Source: Macrostomum lignano (taxonomy: Eukaryota). From it: 64,000 nt of DNA. How positions within the stretch are numbered: the stretch's first letter is position 1; each line of letters opens with the position of its first letter. Below are positions 1-18,711 of this stretch, in pieces. Under the pieces are notes generated by a model. It did not search any database and was not told where the DNA came from. It saw only the letters and a list, made by a program, of their open reading frames with translations. The translations under genes were made by a program, and so were the position numbers. The stretch covers positions 1 through 64,000 of the forward strand of contig NIVC01000483.1 in NCBI GenBank assembly GCA_002269645.1, in the 5' to 3' direction.

Positions 1-520
1 TTTGCAAATGCTGATATGATGATGCTAAGATTCTAACTGTACGCTAGTTTTTATAGTTGACTAGTTCTTCATAATATCGATACACATAGATTCTATAGTC
101 ATGAAATATTACTTATGCATCGGGCTTTTGAATGAGTGCCGCAAATCGACATGCAACAATTGACCCCACCCATATCTAGGTTGTAACTTTTTTGTTTTGC
201 CACTTTCAACCCTTGGTACGATTAGCTCAGGTGCACGCTTTCACGGGGTGTACAGCGTCGCTGACTTATCGTTGAGCGTACCAGCGTACATACTTTGCCT
301 TGGGGGTCATCCCTCATGTAGCCGCCGTTGCCCTTTAAAACTAAGGTCAGGAATTAGTCTCTAGCGTTTAATGATTTGCTAATCAGCCACCCGCGGAAGA
401 GTACAGCACGTGAAAGTCAATCTGATGGATATGAGTCCAGATGTGATTTCGGTAAAAAAATTTTATAAGCAGAAATAATTTATCTTGAATTAAAATATAT
501 TAAAAAAATTAATTAGTCAC

Positions 521-1414
521 CAACTTGAAGATTTTTGTTGCTAAGGTGCGCCTTCGCGTCCTGCGGTGCGTCGGTCAGTCGGTGCCTTTCGCCAAGAACG
601 CTTCGATGTAGTCGCGCGCTCATCCGCGGTGTTGTAGGCAGCCTCTTTTGCGTCAATCTGACCCTGACAGAAGTTGAACACCGAATTGAAGATGCCGACC
701 ATCTTCTTCGGGAAAGGCATACTCAGCACCAGTTCTGGGGACAAGAAACGCTGAAACGCCATAGTAATCGTGAGTAACGGATGTCTGGATTCGGCCGAGG
801 TTTGTGTAAGTTTGTTGATGAGGCTCAGCTTCTCTTCAAATGACGGATCTTCGTCGGCAACCCGGCTGCCAAAACGAGGCTGCAGATGACGTTAGATACG
901 GCTTTGTTAAATGGAACCGATGTCGACGTTGGCTGACCGTTAGAGCTCTCCAGTGCCGCAATCAGCTCTTGCGCCTCCCTAGCTATGGTCTCTTCAGAAC
1001 CCGATTTGCCGAATCCGAAGTCGCGCAGAGCCTGCAGGCTGAATCTTCTCAGCTGCTTCCACTTCGGACCTCACCGGCTAACAAGCCGCTGTTGCCCAGC
1101 ACCTTGGTGGTGAAGATGTTCACCTGCCGGCCGGAGAAGTTGCTGGAATGCGTGAGGAAAGCCTCCCGCACGGCCTCGTAGCTGTTCAACACGCAGATTC
1201 GGCGACCATCGAGCACGAATGTGCAAACCTGACCGTACAGTTGCGGAGTCTTGAGAATCCAACATCGCATTGGGAATTGAATCCACAGGCTGCTCCCGAA
1301 AATAGGGACGGCCGGTGGACCCGGCGGCAGGTTTGATGGCGAACGGAGCTTTTTCGCTGCAAAGTAGCCAAACAGTGCTGCCCCTACTGCAAGAGCAATC
1401 GTCATTGGTTCCAT
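521..1414 (-). CDS. Cytochrome P450 (CYP2-clan-like), N-terminal coding exon; gene continues off the left edge
   Basis: Hydrophobic anchor + PPGP hinge (MEPMTIALAVGAALFGYFAAKK...LPPGPPAVPIFG). After restoring four single-base deletions (~1068, ~872, ~618, ~588) it reads GEGPKWKQLRRFSLQALRDFGFGK (WxxxR)...FNKAVSNVICSLVFG...DEPRDYIEAFLAE. Putative donor at 520. Heme-binding C-terminus lies outside the window. Confidence 0.85.
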
Positions 1415-1882
1415 GATTAGCCTGACTTCTGGTTGCTACGGAGACAGAATATGATCTTCAGAATATTTTTGAGCTACAAATTTTTGCAAGCTCTGTTTAA
1501 ATATAAAAACATTGCATGGCTAATCATGCATTCAACGAAGAGTCCAATGTTCGTTATAGAGCGCAACAAGTCACACTGCAGAGAGAGAAGCCAACTACTG
1601 ATAAGAGAGTTTTAATCACTGAACTCGAGTATGCTTTATAAACAGCAAACTTGGTTACATGTATTTTCACTTCAAGGTTAAAAAATGCTTCGACTTGAAG
1701 ATTTCGAAGCCACTTATGCAACGTATTCATGTAGTGTCGAGTGTGCCTGTCCTATTCTAGTGGGATGGCTGTCTGTAAATATATTTATAGCTACGCACTG
1801 AATTGAATTCATCTGTCTCTTAAAGGGCGTCGCCATGAATTTTATGGTGGGGGGGGGGACAAAGCCAAGAATACTACATGTA

Positions 1883-1910
1883 CACTCAGCAACAGCTAAC
1901 CCCCCCCCCG
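1883..1910. mobile_element. Isolated left terminus of the Tc1-like family seen at 29099-29555
   Basis: TA|CACTCAGCAACAGCTAACCCCCC matches the TIR at 29099; no partner right end found nearby. Confidence 0.45.
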
Positions 1911-2686
1911 GCTTCGCGCAGCGAGGCTGTCGCTTGCTGGGTGCCACGGCTCAGCAGAGTTGCGTAACAGCCACTGCGCCTCAGCAGAAGTAGAGTGCAT
2001 CGTATCACACAAAGGTGCACATGCAGACAGTCTCTCACTAGAAGTCAATAGCGCGTGTACGCGTAAATGTACATTGTTTTTAGAATCGGTGTTGTTAGCA
2101 CTAATTTTGGCGCCGCAGTCGCTAGCTATATTTATTGACTTGCATAACGGGTCACAAGGTGGGGGTGGGTGGTACAAAGCATTGGCAAATCCCCCCATTG
2201 CTTTTACATGTCCCCCCGGTGACAACGCCCCCCCCCCTGGGTCACTTCGTAGCAAACTCACAAAAGTTTGAATACCACTTTACACTGGCGCAATTCTGTA
2301 CCAAATGCTGAAACTGAGCTTTTTATATAAGTTCAAACAGCTCTGAAGTTCTGCAGTACTTGTTTTTTTTACAGAATATGCTATCGGCAGTTGAAATCGC
2401 ACTGCAATTGTGGCATAATGTGCGGCTTAAGCGGACGGCAACAGCTGGGCTGCTGCTATAGGCTGCTTTTTTTAGTTGCGGAAACAAATCTATTCAGTAG
2501 AAAAACAATACTACTAAGGAACTTATGGGGTGGAGAAAATCTACTCGTACACAAAGCATTCAGTTTACATATTTGGCATGCTAAAACAGGATATTGGATT
2601 TACCACACGTATTGGTGTGGAATCAAATGATTTCAATTTCTATCTATTGCCAGTGCCCTGTGAAACATTCTGAAGTTTACTGGCGT

Positions 2687-3016
2687 CAGTGGCGTAGCCA
2701 GGAATTTCAATTGGGTGGGGGCCAGGTTGGCCTGGCTGGCCATGCCTTATGCCATTGCCACTTTTGGCGCCGCAGGCACTGATTTTAGCGCCACAGGCAC
2801 TCATTTTGGCGCCGCAGGCACTCATTTTGGCGCCGCAGGCACTCATTTTAGCGCCGCAGGCACTCATTTTGGCGCCGCAGGCACTCAGCGCCGCAGGCAC
2901 TCATTTTGGCGCCGCAAGCACTCATTTTGGCGCCGCAGGCACTCAATTGCCTCATGGTTTTTGGTACCTGCCGCGCCCAACCCCACCCCCCAGGCGATTG
3001 ACTGGCTACGCCACTG
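2687..3016. mobile_element. hAT-type MITE with internal 21-bp tandem repeat
   Basis: Perfect 15-bp TIRs CAGTGGCGTAGCCAG; 8-bp TSD ACTGGCGT at 2679-2686 and 3017-3024; internal (GGCGCCGCAGGCACTCATTTT)n. Confidence 0.9.
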
Positions 3017-3971
3017 ACTGGCGTATCCGTCGTACCCAACGTCGATGAGTGTTTTTACATTACGCCAATAGACAATGACGTCATAGGCCAGTTGAGCGTC
3101 GGTGTCATGTACGAGCTATAAACTTTTTGTCTCTGTGTTTGCTACGAGTACTAAGGTATTTCCTGTTTTATAACGGGTCCACTGCCTTACTATTTTTCTA
3201 TGTTCTCTGCATGTTTCCCCTATAATACAGAGACGAACGAAGTCTGTATTGAATTGTACAGTAAATACGTATGTATCCAAATCGATAAAAATTCAGAAAA
3301 ATCTACTTCAAATCGTTTCTTTCCTACATTGTTTGAAGCAAAGAAGTTTCGCGCTTTATCTTATGCGTGCATATTGCGGCCAACTTGCCAGCTTTACTGA
3401 CCATTTTAGCAATTGTGCGAGCAATTGAGAGAGCAGCATGCATCAGCTGGCGACCACTTGTGCGACAAAAACTGCCATTCTTCCATGGCCAGAAATCGAT
3501 CAAATCGGTTGATTTTAGTCGCTGGGCTTTGGGGCAGAGGGGCGCACACTCCCTCCTCCTCCAACGCCCACGACGACAAATTCAGTCATTAATCTCTTGG
3601 GCTGGCTAACCACCTTTTTATTAGCTGGCATTGGCCCGAACGAACGGTAAAATTTCTAGATCTCGCTTTCGCTGTAGGTAAATCTATATGAAGAAAAAGT
3701 TAAATTTTTTTGCATTCTAAAATCCATAGCAAACTAGCCAAAACACCATTTCAACAATATTCGAATTATTTCGGATTTTAACTCGACAGGATGTCGTAAG
3801 TACTCTTATTGGTTCCCTATAACGTAACAATATGAAAAACTTCTCAAGACTTTAAGATTAAAAATGCAGAGAATCTGCAAGAAGCAAAATACAGATGTGC
3901 AAACCGAGTTTTACCATAGACGAACTCGGCTGAGAACAACAATGGTAGAAGGATATGTCTATGGTTCCGAT

Positions 3972-4255
3972 GGGGGTTGTAGCCTAGTGGTTAGAGCGTC
4001 GAACTCGCGACTGGATGGTCGGGGGTTCGATTCCTGATCCCACTGGAACGCTTGTGTCCTTGGGCAAGACACTTAACTCTGCATTGCTTCAGTTCAACCA
4101 GCTGTAAAATGGGTGCCAGCATTAGCTGAGGTAATTGAAGCTGTGTGGCGACCCCCCCCCCCAGTCCTTGGACTGAACAGCCGTACGCAGCCTTCAGATG
4201 CACCGCGCGATAGCTGCGGCTGAGCTGTCGGTTGTACATCTGTCCATTAGAGCAG
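3972..4255 (+). mobile_element. tRNA-derived SINE with CORE-like central domain
   Basis: A-box TAGCCTAGTGG and B-box GGTTCGATTCC, then GTGTCCTTGGGCAAGACACTTAAC...CAGCTGTAAAATGGG resembling the MIR/CORE-SINE core. Confidence 0.75.
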
Positions 4256-4665
4256 CTGTAATCAATTGTTAATTATGGTTGCGAGGAATGGTACCGATTA
4301 TTCATTACAGCATTCGGAACCAGCACTAGGAACCATGCGAACCATGCGTACGTAGACAAATCCGCATTATTCCTACATTTCGAGGCCCGGTCAGAGGAAC
4401 ACAAGCCAAATTAGCTGACCGAAGTGAGATGATGCGGCCCATTTTTTATTCACACACTTTTAAAGGTCAGAGAAATTTAGACAAAAATATTACACTACAC
4501 AAAAATACACTATGGAGGAATAACTGAAATTTTGCTTTTCCAGAATAAAGCTTAAACAATTCCTAGAATTGCTTATCGTGATTTTTAACGAAAACTGCGT
4601 GGTTTCCAGTGAAAGTTGCTTCTACCTCTACTTTATTTGTCGCGGACTCGTACATGTACTTGTAG

Positions 4666-10319
<5,654 letters not shown>

Positions 10320-10914
10320 GTCGGGGTTTTTCGTTTGACCGTCCTGGTTGTCAACTGGCTTTTGCTTCTTACTTCTGGTTAATTAAGGTTAAAAGACTGG
10401 GTTCCTTGTGTATATGTATTAAAATCGAGATTATTACTAAATAAGTACTATTTTAATTTGGTATTTAAACCCCACTAAAAATTATTTGTGATGTTGTACA
10501 ATCTTGGAGACTTTATTTTCTGCCTTTGATGTATCAGAATAACATACTTTGCTTTTATTTGATTGAGCAACCCAGTCTTTACATAACTATTAAAAAGTAA
10601 AATATAGTAAAGAAACAATATTTTATCAGTAGATTTTTGTTGAAATCTTAATTGTACATTTGAGTGAAAGATATATCGGAATAAAGATACTAATAAAGAG
10701 TAATGGATTTCTGAAGCACTTACGAGACTCGTACTTGTAAGGGTAAGAAATGCACTAGTTCTCTCTCTATGCAGTTGAATATTTTGAAATTAATTTGACC
10801 CATGTAGTCCGCATTACGTACTTTTACATAGAAAGATCATATGAAAATTCTGTTGATAAAAATCTGTTCAAACAATTAGCTGCTAGGTTAAGTTTATTGA
10901 AATTTAGCAAAGAC

Positions 10915-11700
10915 TAGCGGATCACGCCTTCTGACATGAAGACGCGCCGCCAATGGTGACGGTTACTTTGAACACTCCTGCATTGTTTGGTCGCTTGCCG
11001 ACCTGAAGCAGTTCTGAAAAAAAGTTGAAATTTGAATTGTCATCCACACTGATGGAAGCCGTCGGCAAGGTGTTATTCACAAACACTCCCCACGAGTCAG
11101 CTGTTTGAGTCAATGTGAAGCCGATGTTCACCCACTATTTTGCACTCGAAGTCAGTGGAGCTGTCGAGGTTTGATAGCGTCAGGTACCGGCACCTGCTTT
11201 AGTATTGATCAGCGTTGTGCTCCAAGATTTAACGTTTCAACGTTGGCGCAGTCCAGGAACTCAAACAGCAGCTACACTTGCGGCTGCCGCTTCATCCTGA
11301 GCAGCACCGTGACGCCTGTGCCGAACCCGATGTCGCTCTTGGCCAGAAACGAGCTGCTCCCATCGAACGCGGCGCCCTCCTCTGTCCACTGGACTCCGAT
11401 CGGATAAATTCGGTTGGTCTCTTCGTCAGCCTGGCACACGACATTCTCAAATGCAGACATGTCGTCTCCGAGCCACACGTTTGTGAGCTTCGGGTTGAGC
11501 TGAGCCGGATATTTGATCGGAAATCGGATGAGCACTCGGCAGTCGCTGCTCGCACCGCTAGAGACAAGGTCGCGACACACGGACTGGTAGCGGAAGAGAC
11601 TGCAGCGGAGAGAGGCCGGCTCGAACTGGACAACGAGAATGCCGGATGGAAAGGCATCGGTTGCCTGCATGCTGCAGTGCGGCTTCAAGACAGCCTTATG
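10915..11700 (-). pseudogene. LamG-family copy A (5'-truncated pseudogene)
   Basis: Central block nearly identical to copies B-D (HCSMQATDAFPSG...RMKRQPQV), then CAG>TAG nonsense at ~11272, internal deletion and frameshifts in the LamG half; no signal peptide. Confidence 0.8.
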
Positions 11701-12622
11701 AAGTTTTAGTTCATTTACCCAGATTTTATTGTGAGACGAATTGAGCTGAGTTTGCTTGGCCAAACTTCAGTTTTTTAGATCATTTGTCAACTGTTAATTA
11801 CCGGTGTTTTGTCAAAAAGTTTAGCCTGTCTGTGGTTTACTACAAGTTATTTTAAAAACTCCTGATTCTCCGTTGCCAAGCACTTGCTTCCATCAGATAC
11901 TCGTACTCAAAGCGGGTATTAATTCTTCATTATTATAATACGCATCTATGTGTAGTTGATCGCATCCAAAGAGCTTGGCCTAAGACGGAATGGTCATATT
12001 TTTAAATTGTCGCCAACTTTCAACGCCGGAGATTTTTTGAGGGAAATTTTTTGCCAGCGCCAGTCCCTAGCTGGTAGCTTCTTTTTTGTAAATAACCTCC
12101 TAGAAGACATTCAGGTAGGAATGGGAAAGAAAGAAAGAGCAGGTAGGCAAGCCACCTCAAGCAGCTGCATTGTCTCGCAACACTCGGCCCACTCAAAGGC
12201 CCGCCGATTCTGTGAAACAAAGGCTGCAAATTGTATTGATTCCTGCTCACTCTCAACACCCAGTAAGCAGATTTTCCCTAAGCAGCGGAGGCTGCAGAAG
12301 CTACATTCTTTGACAATGGCTGGGTCGACGATCTTCCACACTCAGGCTCCTGTAGCAGGCGTTGAGAGAAAAACCAGTCGAAGGGCTGCTGCCTGCTCAG
12401 GGTGGCCGAGAACTGCCAAGCCTCTTTAAGCGTTCATCTGTTGAAGCATTTTCCAAGAGTTTGAGGACAATGGCAGTCAGAATTCTTTTAAAAGCCTGGC
12501 CACTTCACTATTAGGAAAGCTCCAAATCTCTAAAAAGTGATCCTTAAACTCTAGGCTTTTACTAATTTTTCCCTTCACTAATTTTGCAAACTTTTTACGA
12601 GGGTTACCGATTTGATTACGAA

Positions 12623-13689
12623 ATGTATACAGGTAAGACACCAATTCCTTATTCTTTCTCGGTCTCAGATTTATGTTAAAGATAAAACTTACTTCCGCAT
12701 CTGCAGTTGGCCTTCTGCTTGCCACTCTTGAGCTGATGGCTCTGATGCCTGCCTGCCAGTGCAGGTCCGGAGAAACCTGGACTCAGGTGCAGGTGCAGTG
12801 CCTGTCCGAGGCCGCCGCGATTTACCGAGCGCAGGCGAGAAGCGATGTGCACTGCTCTGTGATCGCGTCCAACAAGCATATAGTCGGAATCATTGTGGCC
12901 CAGTTCGAGCCGGCCTCTCTCCGCTGCAGTCTCTTCCGCTACCAGTCCGTGTGTCGCGACATTGTCTCTGGCGGTGCGAGCAGCGACTGCCGAGTGCTCA
13001 TCCGATTTCCGATCAAATATCCGGCTCAGCTCAACCCGAAGCTCACAAACGTGTGGCTCGGAGACGACATGTCTGCATTTGAGAATGTCGTGTGCCAGGC
13101 TGACGAAGAAACCAACCGAATTTATCCGGTCGGAGTCCAGTGGACAGAGGAGGGCGCCGCGTTCGATGGGAGCAGCTCGTTTCTGGCCATGAACAAGAGC
13201 GACATCGGGTTCGGCACAGGCGTCACGGTGCTGCTCAGGATGAAGCGACAGCCGCAGGTGCAGGCCTTCTTTGAGTTCCTGGACTGCGCCAATTTTGAGA
13301 CCGGACTCCAGCAGCACCACTTCTGGGAGTTCGACGCTGCTTCTAAACTCTTTCTTGTGATTAAAACTGAAGCCGGTGCCACTCCTGGACGCTATCAATC
13401 TTCGACAGCTCCGCTGACTTCGAACGCGAACGAGTGGGTGAACATCGGCTTCACATCGGCTCCAGCGGCTGACTCGTGGGGAGTGTTCGTGAACGACGCC
13501 TTTTTATCGACGGCCTCTTTCAGCTTGAGTACTAGTGTCGACTTCACCTTGCTTCCACAGAACTGCTTCAGGTTCGGCAAGCGACTGAATGACGCTCAAA
13601 TGTTCAAAGGAACTGTGCGGGCCATCGCCATGAGCAACGTCACCATGTCTGAGAGCGAGATCCGCGACTTCTTTGCTGCTATCGGCTGA
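12623..13689 (+). CDS. LamG-family copy B: secreted Cys-rich (PAN/Apple-like) + LamG/concanavalin-A-like jelly-roll protein
   Basis: Mini exon ATGTATACAG (12623-12632), 74-nt GT-AG intron, exon 12707-13689 giving MYTVGLLLATLELMALMPACQC (signal peptide). LamG hallmarks AAFDGSSSFL, EWVNIGFT, GVFVND, FRFGK..MFKGTVRAIAMSNVTMSESEIRDFF. Domain names are pattern-based inference. Confidence 0.8.
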
Positions 13690-14339
13690 ACGAAGGTTTT
13701 GTGTGACTCTTGGCGAATCAACAAGCAGTTGAACTTTTTTCAATGAATATTCGAACGCTGCTGCTTTGAAATCGTGGATTTACCTTGTAATAGGCTGGAC
13801 TTTGGAAATTTTTTAATCAGATGTCTGAATGAACTGCGGTTGAAATATATTTCGAAGGTGAATTTACTTGAGCCCTACTTCAAATTTTACTGCCGATAAA
13901 ATTATTTACCTCACTACAGTGCAGTTTTGTGAGCATGTCCTAATTTATTTCTAACAGTTAGTCAACTTCAGTAGTAGGATTTCGCAAATTTAAGCTGCTC
14001 CGAATTCTTTTTTGTTCTATTGTCCATTCTGATTCATTAGATAAAACAAATTGCTTTGTGTTCAGAATCAGCCGGTTCCAGGATTGGATCGCAATAAAAT
14101 CTGTTTTTAACAACTTTCGAACTTATAAATTGGGATAAAAACATTTGTTCACGCATCGTCAATGACTTTTTTTATTGTTTTGGCGCTTTTAGCGCTCAAT
14201 ACTTTTCTGCACCCGACTCTACGTTGAGTATGTATAACATAATACGACGTAGCTATGATACTTTGCCCACAAACTGTGTTCCTATCTAACAGGTGAAATT
14301 CTACTGTGTCCGTTAGACATTTCAATACATTCCTTACTA

Positions 14340-14430
14340 ATTCACAAGGTGGATAGAGTAGCATTTTACCTGTTAGATATGGACACTCACTTGGTGGGTA
14401 GGGTAGTATTTTACCTGTTAGATAAGGAAT
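14340..14430. repeat. Two units of the 45-bp repeat also arrayed at 21845-22115
   Basis: GGTGGATAGAGTAGCATTTTACCTGTTAGATA shared with the 21.9-kb array. Confidence 0.7.
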
Positions 14431-15267
14431 ATTGGATAGAGCCACCAACCACTTACTGAGTCCGGCGGGATCAGCTGACCAAAACGCCTTGTTCGTTAAT
14501 CTGCAAATCTGCACGCTTGTAGAGATCTCCAAGCCTTATAGCCTACTAGAAGTGGTAAGATAAAAACATGAATACTATTTAAAAACTAACATGCGTCATA
14601 CTCTATTTTCAGTACTACGAGCTCGTACATGCAGTATCACGTAAACAGCGATTGATCATTCCATAGTCCAAAAAACCGGTTTTCAACATCCTTCCAAATA
14701 TGGTAAATGTCAACTTAAATGCGACCCAAGCTTCACCCCTTTTCTATGTAAAACCCCACCGGTCAAGAGACAAAGTCCATCTTTTGATTCTTATCAATAA
14801 AACCGGTTTGAAGCTCAAGGTCGAATGAAATCGTGCATAAAAATACAAGCGAAAATCCGAGCTGAAACCTCAGACTCGGAGCAGCCTTAAGAGATATTGG
14901 GCTTAGCTAGAGCTACCAAGCAAGGCTATATCTCTGAGAGAGGCAAACACCAATTGGTAAGCCTTTGTTAGAGTCTTTGTTATTTGGGTCTTTGTTATTC
15001 GAATATTGAGAGCTGTGTCAATGCCGGCCGTTACTGATCAGTCGATTTATTGAGTCTATTGAATTTGAGGCCTCCCTATTCCTAAGGGATTGGATAGGAT
15101 CTGCGGACCGATTCCGATACTCTTAGTCGACTACTGATTGATTGATTTCGGTACCCTAGAGTAACCGATAGGAGCACACGACTCCGATTCCGTTATTTCT
15201 AGAAGAAGACGCCCTTTCGGAGGACCTCACTATTGTTATAGAGTTGACTTTATTATTAGGGCGCATC

Positions 15268-15725
15268 TCTGCACTCGAGGAATATATTGGTTTCTGCACT
15301 CGAGGAATATATCGATTTCTGCACTCGAGGAATATATTGATTTCTGCACTCGAGGAATATATTGATTTCTGCACTCGAGGAATATATCGATTTCTGCACT
15401 CGAGGAATATATTGGTTTCTGCACTCGAGGAATATATTGATTTCTGCACTCGAGGAATATATCGATTTCTGCACTCGAGGAATATATCGATTTCTGCACT
15501 CGAGGAATATATTGGTTTCTGCACTCGAGGAATATATCGATTTCTGCACTCGAGGAATATATTGATTTCTGCACTCGAGGAATATATTGGTTTCTGCACT
15601 CGAGGAATATATCTGCACTCGAGGAATATATTGATTTCTGCACTCGAGGAATATATCTGCACTCGAGGAATATATAGATTTCTGCACTCGAGGAATATAT
15701 AGATTTCTGCACTCGAGGAATATAT
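15268..15725. repeat. ~25-bp minisatellite, ~18 copies
   Basis: Unit TTTCTGCACTCGAGGAATATAT(T/C)G(A/G); no unique spacers. Confidence 0.95.
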
Positions 15726-15937
15726 TGACGTCGATGGGCTATAAATTATGAAGCTCTCATATTTGGCCGATTCTAGAATTCAAGAAGACTACTCCGCAAG
15801 AAGAAGATTTGAAGAGACGAGCTCGGAAAACCGGCCCGGCAAAGAAGAGGAGCCCGCATCAGTAAGTGAACACTGAATTTTGTTCCCAGGCTTGAGGTCT
15901 GGAAGTGGGAGTTCGTGCGTTTAGACACTAGACTAAA

Positions 15938-15945
15938 TTCTCTCT

Positions 15946-16011
<66 letters not shown>

Positions 16012-16022
16012 TTTCCCTTTCT
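15938..16022. repeat. (CT)n microsatellite
   Basis: Direct reading. Confidence 0.95.
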
Positions 16023-16399
16023 CTAGTGTGCTAAAGCGAACTCCTCACGCTGTGCTGAGTTAGTTGACTTGTTTATTTCGTTCCGACTTGAATCTCACCC
16101 CATCGACTATAATATTTATTATATAAATTATATATATTATATTTATTATTATATTTATTATTTATTATTTAAAATTACTATTGGGGCGAAAATTCATGAA
16201 AATCAACATTTTGGATAGTTAGGTTACTCTTCGGTCAAAATAAAAACTACTTGGCGTCATTCTTGCGCCCCCCCTCAGAGGGGGGCTAAATGGCTATTTA
16301 TGATACTATTACTCAACTTATCTCATGATCCTGAAATTTAAAATTATTCTATAATATGAGTGTAAACTGGAGCAGGGTAATTTCGGTAGTTAATGGAAA

Positions 16400-18400
16400 C
16401 AACTACAACACCACATACCAATGTGAAGGTATATTTTCTATATCTTTTCTATCAAGACGAGACTTGTTAAGACTAATAATATTTCCACGAGTATAATACA
16501 TCCTCGTAAATCTTGTATTAAGTAGTATCGACATTTAATCCACGGTTTTGTTAAAGAAAAATACCGGGTTGCATCGTTTATTTGTCTCCGACATGTAGCA
16601 CCGCTCTCGATAACTACTTTGAGATCAGCAATTGAAATTTAACCCCAAAAGTGCTAATAGTCGACGGCTACAGATAAGGAAATTTGATCCGAGTTTGAGA
16701 TGTGTTCTTCTAGGCACTACGAAGTTTACTATCATTATGGATCAATAAACGCTTTTGGAATGTTTCCAATCCAGTCCGAACCCGCCTCGAGTTGATAGAG
16801 ATAGGAGTAAAATTTGAACTTCGATCTAATATCAAGACAGCCTTTCAAGACAAACCAGTTTGAATAAAATGAGATGAAAAGTAAAGTGATTCAGGTGAAA
16901 AGGTGGATGAATGTCTTGTAAATCAAGTCATGGCAGAAACGAGTTTAAACGGTTTTTTAAATGACCAGGTCAAAAGTAGATTTATGACGCAGAGGAAATC
17001 CTATTGAATTCAAGCAGCGCGCGCTGAGGTTCAATTAAAAATGAACTATGGAACAATTCTAAAGTTCATTAGCTCATATAATTTGCAAAATCAACGGCCC
17101 AGAATTAATGAAATTCTAATTTACTTTGATCGCTTTGTAATTCTAAATAATTCTTTAGCAAATCTGCCACGAACAGCGCACGAAGAACATAAAGAGAGTT
17201 GAAGCCGATCTCATCCGGAAACTTAAAATCCTTTCAATCATCCCGACACGGGTCTGTCCAAGGCAGCATAGTAGCTTGTCGGTGCAGATGACAAAGGTCA
17301 TTTGCTAGTGATTGACAAAGACACTGCTAGTGATTGTTGCTTACTATTTTCGCTAAAATGTTGTGTACATAGCACCAGAATGCAGTTGTATCCTTAGTGA
17401 TAGGTAAAATGAGGGAGTTAAACGGATATGTACAGTTAGCACCTGAAGACTCCGCGGAGTTGAACAATCTTATGCAAGAGATTAATTGTGTGGAGGTTAG
17501 CCTGGCTCATTCCTCAGTAGTGCAGCGAAGAAGTCATGGATCTTGCCTGGATCTCGATCAAAAATGCTGCTGTACATGGCGATAGCCGTGACGACTCTAC
17601 TGAAGCGCTGTATGAACTCAACAACCACTTGAAGTCTGCCGGAGAATGCCCAATTGAATGCGAGTCAGTTACACTAATGCACAATGCAAGAGGAAAACCA
17701 GCCCCCTTTCTGTTATTTGACTATCAACTCAGTAGTTTTACCAATACCGGAAGTCAATTAGCATGCTGCATAATATCCCTTAATTCAGTTTGCTTCACGA
17801 GGCTAACGGAGACGTGAGCTGTATCCATCTAAGTCAGCTGATTCTGAGTTATGCCAACCGTATTCATCACCATCTGTCATCGCTAGCTATTTGTTCGAAA
17901 AAGGCGGGGCGTTTATTAAGGATAGGCCCCAGACAAACTACTCGTATGTACATGCATTTATCTTGGAACCAAACTAAAGATGGTGCTACAGAAAGGCTTT
18001 AAAAAACTTGGATAGAAGCGAATAAAAAACTTCCAGTTGCTTGGCTGAAGCTGACTATGAATCATAAGCGTCAATCGCGAATGGAAAGCAGGTAAGAAAC
18101 ATTCTATTCATTACGTAATTTTAGCCTCTAGGCCGGAAAACTTGTGCGAGCTAAAAGCCTCTAATGTTTTCTACACTCCATGCTTTAAATTCTAGAAAGT
18201 TGGTCAATAAAAGCCGAAACCGTTCCATTGTGCACTGCTTTGTCGGAATTTAGGATGCTGAACCTGCATTAGCGAGAAAAGGAAATACCCCTGCTTCACC
18301 CTCAAACTACAAGACCCATTTGGCACAGGCCTACCAATCATTTGTAAAAAGCCAACGTGGGCGTTTCTGGGAAGGAAAAGCAAAACCAAACAAAAGCAAA
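16400..18400 (+). mobile_element. Heavily decayed Ty3/Gypsy pol remnant (integrase region), copy 1
   Basis: Interrupted translations resembling the integrase HHCC region (..RTAHEEH..) and core (LLVIVAYYF; LNNLMQEINCV); homologous along its length to 26.7-28.0 kb and 29.58-29.76 kb. Confidence 0.55.
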
Positions 18401-18711
18401 AACTTCAGAGCAGAACTGGCTTGTGAAATCTTATTAAAGAAGTCAAATTAAGTGTTGAGAGAATATTGGGACATTGTAACAAAACTGCGCTGTAGATAAT
18501 TAAATAATTTTGTCCGTATTAAACTTTAAGGTAAGGCTGAAGTACATTCCAAACGTCATTCAACTGCAGCTCATTGATCCGAACCAACAAATCTTCCAAA
18601 TTTAAGCCAATTAAAAGGTAAATAATCTACGAGTTCAAAGGAGCAGGCTTTTAGAATTGGTTGAAAAAAGTTCAACTGCTTGTTGGTTCGCCAAGAGTCA
18701 CACAAAACCTT

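Noticed and set aside
3972-4045. Functional tRNA gene
   Set aside because: A/B boxes continue into a SINE core; no complete acceptor stem or cloverleaf. The same applies to 28122-28195.
12676-13398. Antisense ORFs overlapping the LamG genes (also 19138-19701)
   Set aside because: Expected by-product of GC-rich codon usage; no recognisable motifs.
12673-13689. Horizontally acquired bacterial LamG genes
   Set aside because: Spliceosomal micro-introns and eukaryotic signal peptides are present; no operon or prokaryotic signals. Deeper origin needs a phylogeny.
15268-15725. CRISPR-like regular repeat (also 21845-22115, 51538-52103, 59175-60140)
   Set aside because: Units are head-to-tail with no unique spacers, there are no cas genes, and the context is eukaryotic.
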